DNA from: Candidatus Poribacteria bacterium | GTDB lineage: Bacteria > Poribacteria > WGA-4E > WGA-3G | Assembly (NCBI GenBank): GCA_026706025.1 | Contig: JAPOZO010000005.1 | Span: 291-64,290 of the forward strand | Direction: 5' to 3' | Length of the DNA: 64,000 bases | Shown: positions 1-9,705 of the stretch, one piece after another | Layout: every line of letters begins with the position of its first letter | How positions within the stretch are numbered: the first letter of the stretch is position 1 | Translations under genes and position numbers: made by a program | Notes under the pieces: model-generated | Seen by the model: the letters and a program-made list of their open reading frames with translations, nothing else | Databases searched by the model: none | What the model was told of the DNA's origin: nothing

Positions 1-335
1 TCAAGGTTGGCATTATCAATAATACGGGTCATGCACGCGGAACCGAGGCCTCTCCCCTGATATTCAGGAAGAATAAAGATCTGATTGACCTCGAGCGTGC
101 CGGAAGTAGAAGATGTTATGAAGAAACCGACATCGGTTCCGCGAAACTGGATAATGTGAAAATCGTGCGAAGCGAATTCTCTATTGTGTCGTTCCCGTTG
201 ATAACCATCGTCCCAACCCCATACCTGTTCTACATATTCTCGGTATGCTGCCTCCTTTACAGCAAAAACGAATTCGCCGTCGCTTGCGCGTGCCTTGCGA
301 ATACTCAACCCCTCCACAGTAAACCTCCACCTTCC

Positions 336-1109
336 CTACATCTCTTTCTTCGCAACAACGGCAAAACTCACGTTGTAAGCCATTTCGTGCGTCCAACTTC
401 CGGGTGTAGCGTCAATATCTGGCTGTGTCCAAGAACGTTCCTCAACTCGCTCAATCTGAAAACCGTTGTCCAAGAGTCCGTTGAATATATCGCTCAAGTA
501 GTGCCGGAAATCGAAGGCACCGTCTGGGTACCTCGAAACACGCTCAGCATACGGCTCAGTGACGCGATAATATTCACCGTCCCATTCCCAAAAATGATTG
601 GCGGGATTACCAAAATCCACGCGATACCGTCCGCCGGGTCGGATGATCCTTGAGACACCTCTATAGATTTCATGAACGGATGGCACCCAACTCATAGCAG
701 GCCCTTGATAGATGAGATCATACGCAGCACCTTCGATTTCGGACAGATCGCGAATATTGGCACAAATTGTCTCGACTGAATAGCCGTAATGTGCTGCAGC
801 AGTAATATCTCCGTCAAGCTGACCCTGTGTAAAATCAATCACAGTTACACGGGCACCAAGCAGACCGAATACCGCTGACTGCTGTCCTCCACCTGCCGCG
901 AGACACAACACATCTTTGTTGACAACATCTCTGAGTAGATACGCAGGGTAAATTTGGTAGAGATGATACGGCACCGGATCAAGGCGATCCTCAGCATATT
1001 TCAGAATATCGTCTCTATCCAGGTCGAGCCACGGCACGGTAAAGCCGTTCTTTCTTAATACTTCGGCTTCCCAATGTGCTCGATTGGCAATAGTGATTTC
1101 ATCATTCAT
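336..1109 (-). CDS. Class I SAM-dependent methyltransferase
   Basis: A 257-aa ORF carries a glycine-rich motif I (LCLAAGGGQQS) followed by an acidic residue after a beta-strand (VTVIDF). This is the typical Rossmann methyltransferase layout. Confidence 0.65.
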   Translation of the reverse strand: MNDEITIANRAHWEAEVLRKNGFTVPWLDLDRDDILKYAEDRLDPVPYHLYQIYPAYLLRDVVNKDVLCLAAGGGQQSAVFGLLGARVTVIDFTQGQLDGDITAAAHYGYSVETICANIRDLSEIEGAAYDLIYQGPAMSWVPSVHEIYRGVSRIIRPGGRYRVDFGNPANHFWEWDGEYYRVTEPYAERVSRYPDGAFDFRHYLSDIFNGLLDNGFQIERVEERSWTQPDIDATPGSWTHEMAYNVSFAVVAKKEM

Positions 1110-1115
1110 TTCGAT

Positions 1116-2282
1116 TTATACCATCACACTTTCTATCCACGCCTCGTCAATTTCGAGACCGAAACCGGGGGCATCCGACGGCACAACATAACCGTCTTTG
1201 ATGACCGAGGTGCCGGGTAACTTGACCATCTCTTCGAGAGGTACACCGGGAGCAGAGACACCTTCAGAGCGTTCCCCCCACGTGATAGCAGGCATCGCAA
1301 ATGCAAGATGTTGACCGTAGGGATAATTCATGCCGCCGTGTGTAATTACGTTAATCCCATTCGCCTCTGCGATGTGACAAATTTTTGCCGCCGATGTAAT
1401 ACCGCCACACCATAAAACATCAGGCTGGAAGATGTCAACCAATCGTCGTCCTGCAGCCGCCGCAAAGACAGTTGGTAGATACCAATGTTCTCCCGTCGCC
1501 AGCGTTTGCCAAGGGATGCGTTGACGCACCGTTTCATAGCCAACAAAATCGTCGGCGGGAATGTAATCTTCCATCCACTTCAACCCGTAAGGCTTCATGG
1601 TTTCACAGACGCGCACGGTATGCTCTAAGTCAAATCCGGTCCAGGCATCTAACATTAAATCAACCTTATCGCCAATCGCTTCCCGTGTCGTTGCCACCAA
1701 TTCTTCAAGCTTGCCTAAGCCCTCTTTTCCTTGCTCTGGCCCCCACGGTGTGAAGAGTTTTGTGGCTTTGAATCCGAGTTCCATGTACCATTCCTGATCG
1801 AAACCGGAGGCGTAGCAGAAAATCTTTTCTTTTTGGGGACCACCGAGCAGTTCGTAAACCGGTCGCCCCAAAATTTTACCTTTGAGGTCCCACAAAGCAC
1901 AATCAACGGCACTGATGGCATAACTCGTCAAGCCGGTCGCGCCAAAGGCGGCTGACAATCGCACCATCATATCCCACAATTTCTCGGTTGCCATGCAATT
2001 TTCGCCAACAAGAAACGGGGCAAAGTGATCTGAGATGATTCGGGTTACGGGACCCCCGTAAAGCGAGATACCGAAGCCCCAAGTCCCATCTTCTGCCGTT
2101 ATAATGCATGCTGGACGTTTCCATTCCGAATAGGAAACATGCCCCTCTTTTCTGTTGAATGACGGATAACGCGTAATGGGCCGATTCAATTGATATGTTC
2201 TGGATCGACTCGGTGTGCGCGGCGTTGTTGTCGGTTTTGGGTTTAGTTCGATTTCTACAACGCGAATCTCTTTTATCTTCAT
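1116..2282 (-). CDS. Enolase-superfamily enzyme (mandelate racemase / muconate lactonizing enzyme family, probable sugar-acid dehydratase)
   Basis: A 388-aa ORF begins with an MKIxxIRVVEI-type N-terminal capping domain and has the conserved metal-ligand region DAWTGFD...E...D of MR/MLE-family barrels. Confidence 0.7.
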   Translation of the reverse strand: MKIKEIRVVEIELNPKPTTTPRTPSRSRTYQLNRPITRYPSFNRKEGHVSYSEWKRPACIITAEDGTWGFGISLYGGPVTRIISDHFAPFLVGENCMATEKLWDMMVRLSAAFGATGLTSYAISAVDCALWDLKGKILGRPVYELLGGPQKEKIFCYASGFDQEWYMELGFKATKLFTPWGPEQGKEGLGKLEELVATTREAIGDKVDLMLDAWTGFDLEHTVRVCETMKPYGLKWMEDYIPADDFVGYETVRQRIPWQTLATGEHWYLPTVFAAAAGRRLVDIFQPDVLWCGGITSAAKICHIAEANGINVITHGGMNYPYGQHLAFAMPAITWGERSEGVSAPGVPLEEMVKLPGTSVIKDGYVVPSDAPGFGLEIDEAWIESVMV

Positions 2283-2373
2283 AGAAGTCCCTTTTTGTAA
2301 CCGATGTGATGTTTATGGTGAATTACTAAAATAAATAGACCTTTTAATGCGCAATAGACACTAAATTCCTGGG

Positions 2374-2697
2374 CTATCGTCCCAATATAGCGAGTTCATC
2401 ACGAAAACGTTTATCACTGGCAGCGAGCAAACCGTCAATAACTTCCTCCGTGCTTCCACACTCCGCAACAAGGGTTTCCATCTGCTCTACTGCGAAAGTT
2501 TGCACATGGCTGAAACAATTTTTAGTAGACTTGTCAAGATGATTCCCAATGTTTAAACTCAACACTAATAAGAGTGCTCTCTCCAATTTTTCAATGCGCT
2601 CGTCACGTGCTTTTAGTTCTTCTAATATATCCATTTGGTCTTCTTGCTCCAGTCCTTTTATCCCCCTGTCATACGGTGGGAGGGTGGCAGAAGACAA
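2374..2697 (-). CDS. Hypothetical small protein (107 aa)
   Basis: The ORF has a plausible length and a charged coiled-coil-like middle section (EELKARDERIEKLERA). I found no recognisable family. Confidence 0.3.
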   Translation of the reverse strand: MSSATLPPYDRGIKGLEQEDQMDILEELKARDERIEKLERALLLVLSLNIGNHLDKSTKNCFSHVQTFAVEQMETLVAECGSTEEVIDGLLAASDKRFRDELAILGR

Positions 2698-2986
2698 TGT
2701 AGGGTTTCATGGTGGTACCACCCAAAACTGGGTTTATAGAGTATATCACGAGCGGGGAAAAGATACAATATTTTCTCATAGATTTTGATGCGGAGGGGAA
2801 CCACCAAAACCTGCTAAGTATGCCTACTGCTATGTCAACTTTATTTTCAGTGTAGGTTCGCGGCGTGTGATTAACTGTAGTGCCCCCTGTCAGGTTGCGC
2901 ATCCTTATGCCCAGGAAACCAACCGCATAATGCTACAAGGTCCGTTTACCACAATTTGAACTTAACAGAACACGGGGCTAATCAGG

Positions 2987-3874
2987 TCAATAGGATTGAT
3001 TCATCAAGTTCTTTATCCATTGGTAGGCGCGCCAAATTTGAAAAATGAGAAGTCCAAATTCGATCTTCTCTGTAATCGCATCATCATCTGTCTGATAGTA
3101 CTTCAGAACCACATCAATAACTCTTTTGGCAACAATACCATCAGGCGGTAAATCCGAGTACATCTCTATAGCGAATTCAGATAGATCTATCGCTGGATCA
3201 TGCAGCACGGTATCAGCCCAATCAATAATCGCGAGTTGTTCAAGATTTTCCTGTAGAAAAAACAGGTGGTTTATTTGCAGATCTGTGTGAACGACAGCCC
3301 ATCTCTGGTTTAAACGCTCCTGTAGGTTTTCCAGCTTTTCACTCCATCGGCTTGTATAGATTTCCGTGGTATTTTCCGCAATAAACGCGAGTTGTTGTCT
3401 TGTGTCACGAATTGCCACTGCAAAAGGATCGGCAGCGCGTGGGATGTGGTCTAAAACCTCATCTGGAAATTTGTGCCTGTGCAGAAAAGTGAGAGAGGTA
3501 CCGAGAGATTTGCCAAAGGCTTCTAACTCCTTGGGGGTAAATCCCTCAAGTGCTTCTATCGGTAGTGAAGTACCATCAATCCTTGAGAACATTGCGTAGA
3601 ATCCCTTGTCGTGTACCATGATTGGTTTTGCTACAGTGAAAGGCATCGATAATGCGTGCAGGTATTCTGTGAGTTTAACTTCTTTTAGAAGCCTGGCTCG
3701 GTAGGCGTTGCGCGCAACCTTGAGGATAGCATCGTCGCGGTAGTAGAAGGTAAAGTTATCACCACCGCGGTGGCGTTTGGATACAGGTTTTAACTCTTCA
3801 ATAGATATATCTGTAGCGAATTTTTTAAGAAAATCACACACATTTTCTGCTGTAATCTCAGTTGTTTGATTCAT
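2987..3874 (-). CDS. Aminoglycoside/small-molecule phosphotransferase (APH / choline-kinase-like kinase family)
   Basis: A 295-aa ORF has the Brenner motif region VVHTDLQINHLFF (HxDxxxxN) and a downstream IIDWADTVLHDPAIDL (D-[FW] motif), as in APH-type kinases. Confidence 0.65.
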   Translation of the reverse strand: MNQTTEITAENVCDFLKKFATDISIEELKPVSKRHRGGDNFTFYYRDDAILKVARNAYRARLLKEVKLTEYLHALSMPFTVAKPIMVHDKGFYAMFSRIDGTSLPIEALEGFTPKELEAFGKSLGTSLTFLHRHKFPDEVLDHIPRAADPFAVAIRDTRQQLAFIAENTTEIYTSRWSEKLENLQERLNQRWAVVHTDLQINHLFFLQENLEQLAIIDWADTVLHDPAIDLSEFAIEMYSDLPPDGIVAKRVIDVVLKYYQTDDDAITEKIEFGLLIFQIWRAYQWIKNLMNQSY

Positions 3875-4299
3875 TACGGCGGCACTCCCGGTAAGTGACA
3901 GATTTCCTCAAAAAATTCAGGAATTGTCAACAAGCCAGCAGTCCATAGAAACGCCCTATCCCGTTCTGTGAGTTCGTTTAGACATATCCACGCAATGTCC
4001 ACAAGAATCTGATTCCCTTTTAGTTCAGGATCGTTTCCCAAGGACACTTCCTGCGCACCTATTTCCATCAAGTAGGTATAATACAAGTCATCAGGAGCAA
4101 AGGTAACGACAGATGTCGGACGGATTATAGTGCCTTCAACACGACACTCCTCCCAAAGTTCTCTCAGCGCAGCTTGTTCCGGTGTTTCACCCGCTTCAAT
4201 ACGACCACCGGGAAGACACCACCACTCTTCTCCTTCGTGCCGGTGCTTGACCATTAGAATTCTTTTCTGCCTATGAACAAGGCACTGCGCACGTGACAT
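3874..4299 (-). CDS. NUDIX hydrolase
   Basis: A Nudix box is present: GRIEAGETPEQAALRELWEECRV, matching Gx5Ex7REUxEE. Confidence 0.8.
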   Translation of the reverse strand: MSRAQCLVHRQKRILMVKHRHEGEEWWCLPGGRIEAGETPEQAALRELWEECRVEGTIIRPTSVVTFAPDDLYYTYLMEIGAQEVSLGNDPELKGNQILVDIAWICLNELTERDRAFLWTAGLLTIPEFFEEICHLPGVPP

Positions 4300-4318
4300 T
4301 CACAACCCCTTAATCAGA

Positions 4319-4729
4319 TCAAAATTTCAGAACTTGACTATACATGACTGCATTGCTATCTGCCCAGAAATCTTTCAGAAGAGTTTCTAAACGAAATCCT
4401 CGTGATTCATAAAATCTTCGACCTTCTTCGTTCTTTTCCTCACAGAAAAGATATACCTTCCATAAAGGATGGTTAATTTTCACAAAATATTGACGCATAT
4501 CTTCAAGTGCAGCCTCTAATAACCGAGTCCCCCAACCTTTTCGTTTATTCTCTTCCTCAAAGATACCGAATTCAGTAATCTCAATATTATATCCTGATGC
4601 GACACGCCAAACGAGTTCACCAAGGGTTGTCCCATCTTCTTCCAGCAAACGGACAGCACGATAGCCTTGAAGGTAACCGCTGTAATGGTCAGGCATATGG
4701 TTTTGCGCTTGAACAATATCAATGTACAA
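4319..4729 (-). CDS. GNAT family N-acetyltransferase
   Basis: A 136-aa ORF has a CoA-binding motif A region (KRKGWGTRLLEAALEDM) and a C-terminal RRFYESRGF. Confidence 0.7.
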   Translation of the reverse strand: MYIDIVQAQNHMPDHYSGYLQGYRAVRLLEEDGTTLGELVWRVASGYNIEITEFGIFEEENKRKGWGTRLLEAALEDMRQYFVKINHPLWKVYLFCEEKNEEGRRFYESRGFRLETLLKDFWADSNAVMYSQVLKF

Positions 4730-5009
4730 AGTCTAACCTCTTTTGGTACCTACTGTAACCGTAGGTCATTACTGGTCACAGGTCTTTCAATTTTAAATCT
4801 CAAAGCGGTTGCATAAAAGTGCAGCATTAGGGTCTATCATCGTTTCAATTAAGTACTGCTTGTCTATATTGATGTCCGATGACATATAACTTCCTTTCAG
4901 TAAAAGCCAATGTTGCGTATAGCGTTTTCGTACTTCTGGAACCATAAAGAGATTGGGCGAATGTGCCGCAGCAAGAACCGTTGTGTTATCGGACGTAAGG
5001 GATAACGGC

Positions 5010-5873
5010 TTAACGATCTACTACTTCGGACTGTCGTCTAAAACCTTGAAAATCAGCACAATCGATGGCTCGATAGAAGTCATCCGCCTCACCCATTGAC
5101 AACAAGTCAAGTCTTGTCGTTGGCACAAGACCCTGACAGACATCAACAAGTAACTTACCCAATCCAAGTCGCCGGAATTCGCGACCGACCAGAAGTTCGC
5201 ACAAGTAAGTCGTGATCCGTGTGTCCGTGATTGCTCGTAGAAAACCTCCCAGTTTCCCGTCAGTATCGACAGCAACAAGCGTGGGCCACGAATTCTCCCA
5301 AGCAGCCAGCGTCTCCTTGGGTCTCAATTCAGGGGTTGTCCATCCTTCAGTACTCGAAAGGGCACACATAGCGTCAAAATAGTTCGGTGACCACGCTCGA
5401 ATCGAAAAGGGCACAGGAATATCAAAACGAGCCAAGACCGAGTCGAGATCGGGCATGCCATCCAATGCGTTGCGTACCAAGTGACAGCAGACTTCATAAC
5501 GGTTCCCCGACGGATCGTTGAAGAAAACAGCGAAATACCCTTCACTGTACTCTGGGCATTCCATGGGTCCTTGGATGCTTTCCGCTCCCGCCTTCGCTAA
5601 GACCTTAGTGATTTTTTCAACACAGTTCCTCGAAGATAGATGGAAAGCAACACGATTTAGATTTGGTTGATGAAGACGCTCCTCCGTTAAGCCAACATAC
5701 TGAGACGGTGGTCTTCCTGATGATAGTTGGAAAAGTTCCCAAGTAGGACCGTCTGTTTCGACGAGACGGCGTGGACCAGAGAACGACAGCGCACGTAGAA
5801 AAGACGTGTAGAATGGAAGTGCTGCTCCCATATCGTTTACACGAACGTCGATATGATTGAATGGATTCAGCAT
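5010..5873 (-). CDS. Fusion protein: N-terminal VOC (glyoxalase/bleomycin-resistance fold) domain plus C-terminal GNAT acetyltransferase domain
   Basis: The N-terminus (HIDVRVNDMGAALPFY... through HLVRN) resembles VOC beta-alpha-beta-beta-beta modules. The C-terminus (RRLGLGKLLVD...DFYRAIDCADF) resembles a GNAT motif A/B region. Confidence 0.55.
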   Translation of the reverse strand: MLNPFNHIDVRVNDMGAALPFYTSFLRALSFSGPRRLVETDGPTWELFQLSSGRPPSQYVGLTEERLHQPNLNRVAFHLSSRNCVEKITKVLAKAGAESIQGPMECPEYSEGYFAVFFNDPSGNRYEVCCHLVRNALDGMPDLDSVLARFDIPVPFSIRAWSPNYFDAMCALSSTEGWTTPELRPKETLAAWENSWPTLVAVDTDGKLGGFLRAITDTRITTYLCELLVGREFRRLGLGKLLVDVCQGLVPTTRLDLLSMGEADDFYRAIDCADFQGFRRQSEVVDR

Positions 5874-5936
5874 CTCGACTCCTTTGGTATTTTTGAGACA
5901 CCACTCTGCTCTATGCAGAAGCTGCGCTGTAGGTAT

Positions 5937-6830
5937 TCACTGGTGTTCAAGTTTGCGATAGGCTTTCAGTAATGCCTCTTGAATGTTTAAAAACTCAAGG
6001 TATCCGGGTGGTAGTGGATATTTTGAAACGTCAAACGGTTCTAACGGATTTTCAATCTTTTGCCTTGTAAAGGTATAGAGTGCTTTCTGCACTGCTGTTG
6101 CCTCAGGCACTTGATCAAAAGAGATGCCACAATTGTTTCGCCATAACTGAGGTTCAACGACATCAACCATCGTCTGAATTGATGAGCCTTGATTTCCAAA
6201 CTTTGAATTCAGAAAACAAGTCAACCTCTCGGCTTGTGCGCGTGGCTGATGCACAATATCTTCGTAACCGAGAAAGAGTTTGTGCTGTGCATCTTCTGTG
6301 TGTCGCAAGATGAGCATCATTATATGCTGCCAACGGAGCAAATTCATCGCGACAAAGGAGATACGGACTGGTACATTCGCTGGCATAATAAATTTCTGCC
6401 ACGATACTGCTGTGTCGAGAGGATTGCGAACCGTGATTATGTAGATCGCATCGGTCCATATCCGTTTCCAAAACGGCAAAAAATGGCTGAGTGCTGGATC
6501 TTTCCAGAACCAGGGACCTCCCGTGTCCATTTCAGCCATCAGTTTAGTGGCTTTCTTTCTATATGCAGGGTCAGCGGCTTTTTGCTCCATTCGCTGTTGG
6601 AAATCGTGGTCCCACCAAGTCGCTCCAGTATCAAAATCTCCTAATTCAGCAAGTAAATCCCATAAGGGCAGAAATTCCCAATACCCTCTTGGGGCATGTA
6701 CATCTGCTTTATGTAACTGTTCGGAAGGTCCCGCATACGCGCCCCATCTATGCACCATCTCAGCAACGACAGATGTCCCGCTACGCTCAGCACCGAGCAC
6801 GATAATCGGATGATTTTCGGGGTCCATCAT
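5937..6830 (-). CDS. Sulfotransferase family protein
   Basis: An N-terminal 5'-PSB P-loop (IVLGAERSGTSVV) and a downstream 3'-PB-like motif (ITVRNPLDTAVSW) are characteristic of PAPS-dependent sulfotransferases. Confidence 0.7.
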   Translation of the reverse strand: MMDPENHPIIVLGAERSGTSVVAEMVHRWGAYAGPSEQLHKADVHAPRGYWEFLPLWDLLAELGDFDTGATWWDHDFQQRMEQKAADPAYRKKATKLMAEMDTGGPWFWKDPALSHFLPFWKRIWTDAIYIITVRNPLDTAVSWQKFIMPANVPVRISFVAMNLLRWQHIMMLILRHTEDAQHKLFLGYEDIVHQPRAQAERLTCFLNSKFGNQGSSIQTMVDVVEPQLWRNNCGISFDQVPEATAVQKALYTFTRQKIENPLEPFDVSKYPLPPGYLEFLNIQEALLKAYRKLEHQ

Positions 6831-7061
6831 TCAAATGCCCTCAAGTGTTCGTCAATGATACCTCATACCAACGTGAGTTGACGATTTTTCTTGCATGAAA
6901 CCGTTTTTTACTATATGATGAGGATTTGTGAAGGTGATGTTATCTTTTCGGATTGTGCGTGTTTTAAAGTATAGCATCTTTGAGTGTTTTTCTCTATCAA
7001 AAACAGCGTTCTAATTCCTGCCGCTGAAAGAGCAGGATGTAACATCATAAGGAGGCAAGAA

Positions 7062-7820
7062 GTGAAATACAGACTGAGCGTTATTATAGTTTTAACTATC
7101 GCCATTAGCCTCTGGACTATAGGCGCGTTTGCGGCGGATCTCACGGAAGGACTTGTTGGCTATTGGCCCCTGGATGGCAATGGAAACGACGAATCCGGCA
7201 ATGGAAACGATGCCAACTTGGAAAAAGGCGCGAAATGGTCTGACGACGGTTGGGTGAACGGTGCCGTTGATTTTGATGGTGGCGGCGGACACGTCGTTGT
7301 CGATGATACGTTTGAATTGACAACAACCGCAATCACGGTGATCGCCCGAATCAACGGCTGGAAAACGATAGATTGGTCGGGAATTGTCGTCGGTCGAAGT
7401 GATCCAGCATCGTGGTGGATGGGTGTTGCTGCGAACAATACTCTAACCTACGTATGGAACAATAATTCCGCACAGACCTGGAACTGGCAAGGCGCGCCAG
7501 AAATCCCAGAAAATAAATGGGCGTTGGTCGCAATAGCAATTGAACCTACTAAAGCAACGAGTTACATTTATCACAGAGACAGTGACAAACTTGATGCTGA
7601 GGTAAACGACATCGATCATATTGAACAGACGGTCGTCAATTTAAAGTTCGGATGGGATGAATGCTGCGGTGCCAGATATTTTAAAGGACTGATCGACGAA
7701 GTGATGATCTATGATCGGACGTTGAACGCAGATGACCTCAAAAGGCTGGCAACTGTTGGGCTGCCTGTCGAGAGTAAAGGGAAACTCGCAATCACTTGGG
7801 CAGCACTCAAGAGAGATTAA
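7062..7820 (+). CDS. Secreted LamG / concanavalin A-like lectin-fold domain protein (252 aa from GTG 7062)
   Basis: The RBS AAGGAGG lies 6 nt before GTG 7062 (the ORF track starts earlier at 6984). There is a signal peptide (KYRLSVIIVLTIAISLWTIGAFAADL) and a LamG-type N-terminal motif (LVGYWPLDGNGNDESGNGNDA). It is the same length as the paralog at 48483-49241 and shares the C-terminal tail KLAITWA. Confidence 0.65.
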   Translation: MKYRLSVIIVLTIAISLWTIGAFAADLTEGLVGYWPLDGNGNDESGNGNDANLEKGAKWSDDGWVNGAVDFDGGGGHVVVDDTFELTTTAITVIARINGWKTIDWSGIVVGRSDPASWWMGVAANNTLTYVWNNNSAQTWNWQGAPEIPENKWALVAIAIEPTKATSYIYHRDSDKLDAEVNDIDHIEQTVVNLKFGWDECCGARYFKGLIDEVMIYDRTLNADDLKRLATVGLPVESKGKLAITWAALKRD

Positions 7821-7962
7821 GCGAAATATTGGAAATCAGACTGTCCTGTGTGGCTCAACTGATTTTTGATAAGAGACCTCTCATCATCCAGAGACGATTG
7901 GAATTAATCGAGAATCACCGTGAAGCGAAGTGGAACGGTGACCAGATTTGATAATTTAAAAA

Positions 7963-9705
7963 TTGGAAAAAGTACCTTTTAGGCAATATGCCGCCCTCCT
8001 TTCACAGTATCTTAAACCACAGTGGATACGGGTGACCCTTCTCGCCATCTTCATGTTCACTGGAATAGGTTTGACGCTACTCAACCCACAGATACTTCGT
8101 TATTTTATCGACACAGCAAAAGTGGGCGGCGAAACGCGAAACCTGATTATTGCTGGTGCCGCGTTTTTTGGCATCGGGTTCCTTGGTCAAATGTTGATGT
8201 TAGTCAACACCTATTTAGGGCAAGACATTGGGTGGCGCGCAACGAACTGGATGCGCGGCGACCTCGCACACCACTGCCTACAACTCGACATGTTCTTCCA
8301 CCATGAACATACCCCGGGTGAGATGGTCGAGCGCGTTGACGGCGATACGGCAGCACTGTCAAGCTTTTTTTCTCAGTTCATCGTTCAGGTGTTAGGTAGC
8401 TTGTTGCTGCTCGGAGGCATCCTGATTGTGATTACGCTCGAAGACTGGCGCATCGGTATTGCGTTGGCCGGTTTCGTGGCGGTTTCTATCTATGTTTATA
8501 ATCTCACCCGGAACATTGCTGTTCCCGTCTATACGGCTGAACGAGAGGGTTATTCCAGACTCTTCGGGTTTCTCGAAGAACGGTTAACAGGTATCGAAGA
8601 CCTTCGCACAAACGGCGGTATCGGCTATACCATGGATCGGTTCTACGATGTGAATCGGGATGTATACGGCCGAGCCGTAAAAGCACACGTGATGGGAGAA
8701 GTACTCCAAACAATCAGCGGTGTGCTTTTTGCACTGGGGGTTGCGCTGACGATGGGGATGGCCATCTATCTGTTTCAGATAGGGGTGTTCACAATCGGGA
8801 CGGTTTATCTCGTCATTCATTACACGGCAATGCTCCGAGGTCCGTTGATCACGATCAGTCGGCAGATTAACGATCTCCAACGGGCAACAGCAGGATTCAA
8901 ACGGATTGAAGAACTCTATCGCATCACCCCAAGTATCGCGGATGGAAGAGAGGCACTTTCAGCATCAGACGCACTCGGTATTGAATTCGACCATGTCACA
9001 TTTGGTTACACCGAGGACGAATCGGTGCTGAAAGATGTTTCATTTCAATTGCAGCCGGGGAAATCGCTCGGATTATTGGGAAGAACAGGCAGCGGTAAGA
9101 CAACGATCACACGCCTCCTATTTCGGTTTTATGCAATTAACCAAGGCCAAATTCGCGTCGGCGGCAAGCAAATTGAGCAGATTCGGTTAGACGATTTACG
9201 GAACCGGATCGGCATGGTTACACAGGATGTCCAACTCTTCAATGCAACAGTCCGCGAGAATTTAACGCTCTTTGATGCCGAAATCACCGATAATCGGATC
9301 CTGTCGGTTATTGAAGAACTCGGTTTATCCGAATGGCATCAATCGCTGCCGAACGGGCTTGACACGCTGCTTGACGGTGCTGGTCTGTCTGCAGGAGAGG
9401 CTCAGCTGCTGGCATTTGCGAGGGTTTTCCTCAAAGATCCGAAGATTGTTATCCTTGATGAACCGTCTTCAAGACTTGATCCAGCGACGGAGCAATGTAT
9501 TGACAACGCAGTGCAGCGATTACTCAAAGGACGTACCAGTATCATTATTGCGCATCGACTTGGCACGGTTCAACAGGTAGATGAAATTATGGTTCTCGCC
9601 GACGGTGAAATTCGGGAACACGGCGAGCGAAATCGGCTTGTTCAAGACCCTGATTCCGTCTTCTCACAATTGCTAAGAACCGGGTTAGAGGAGATGACGC
9701 AATGA
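7963..9705 (+). CDS. ABC exporter, fused permease/ATPase (type I exporter, MsbA-like), subunit 1 of a probable heterodimer
   Basis: A 580-aa ORF has an N-terminal 6-TM domain, Walker A (GRTGSGKTT), ABC signature (LSAGEAQLL), Walker B (ILDEPSS) and an H-loop. Its stop overlaps the start of the next ABC gene (ATGA). Confidence 0.9.
   Translation: MEKVPFRQYAALLSQYLKPQWIRVTLLAIFMFTGIGLTLLNPQILRYFIDTAKVGGETRNLIIAGAAFFGIGFLGQMLMLVNTYLGQDIGWRATNWMRGDLAHHCLQLDMFFHHEHTPGEMVERVDGDTAALSSFFSQFIVQVLGSLLLLGGILIVITLEDWRIGIALAGFVAVSIYVYNLTRNIAVPVYTAEREGYSRLFGFLEERLTGIEDLRTNGGIGYTMDRFYDVNRDVYGRAVKAHVMGEVLQTISGVLFALGVALTMGMAIYLFQIGVFTIGTVYLVIHYTAMLRGPLITISRQINDLQRATAGFKRIEELYRITPSIADGREALSASDALGIEFDHVTFGYTEDESVLKDVSFQLQPGKSLGLLGRTGSGKTTITRLLFRFYAINQGQIRVGGKQIEQIRLDDLRNRIGMVTQDVQLFNATVRENLTLFDAEITDNRILSVIEELGLSEWHQSLPNGLDTLLDGAGLSAGEAQLLAFARVFLKDPKIVILDEPSSRLDPATEQCIDNAVQRLLKGRTSIIIAHRLGTVQQVDEIMVLADGEIREHGERNRLVQDPDSVFSQLLRTGLEEMTQ

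Noticed and set aside
156-653. 165-aa plus-strand ORF at the window start
   Set aside because: It overlaps the well-supported minus-strand methyltransferase (336-1109), has no motifs and has odd composition. It is likely a spurious open frame.
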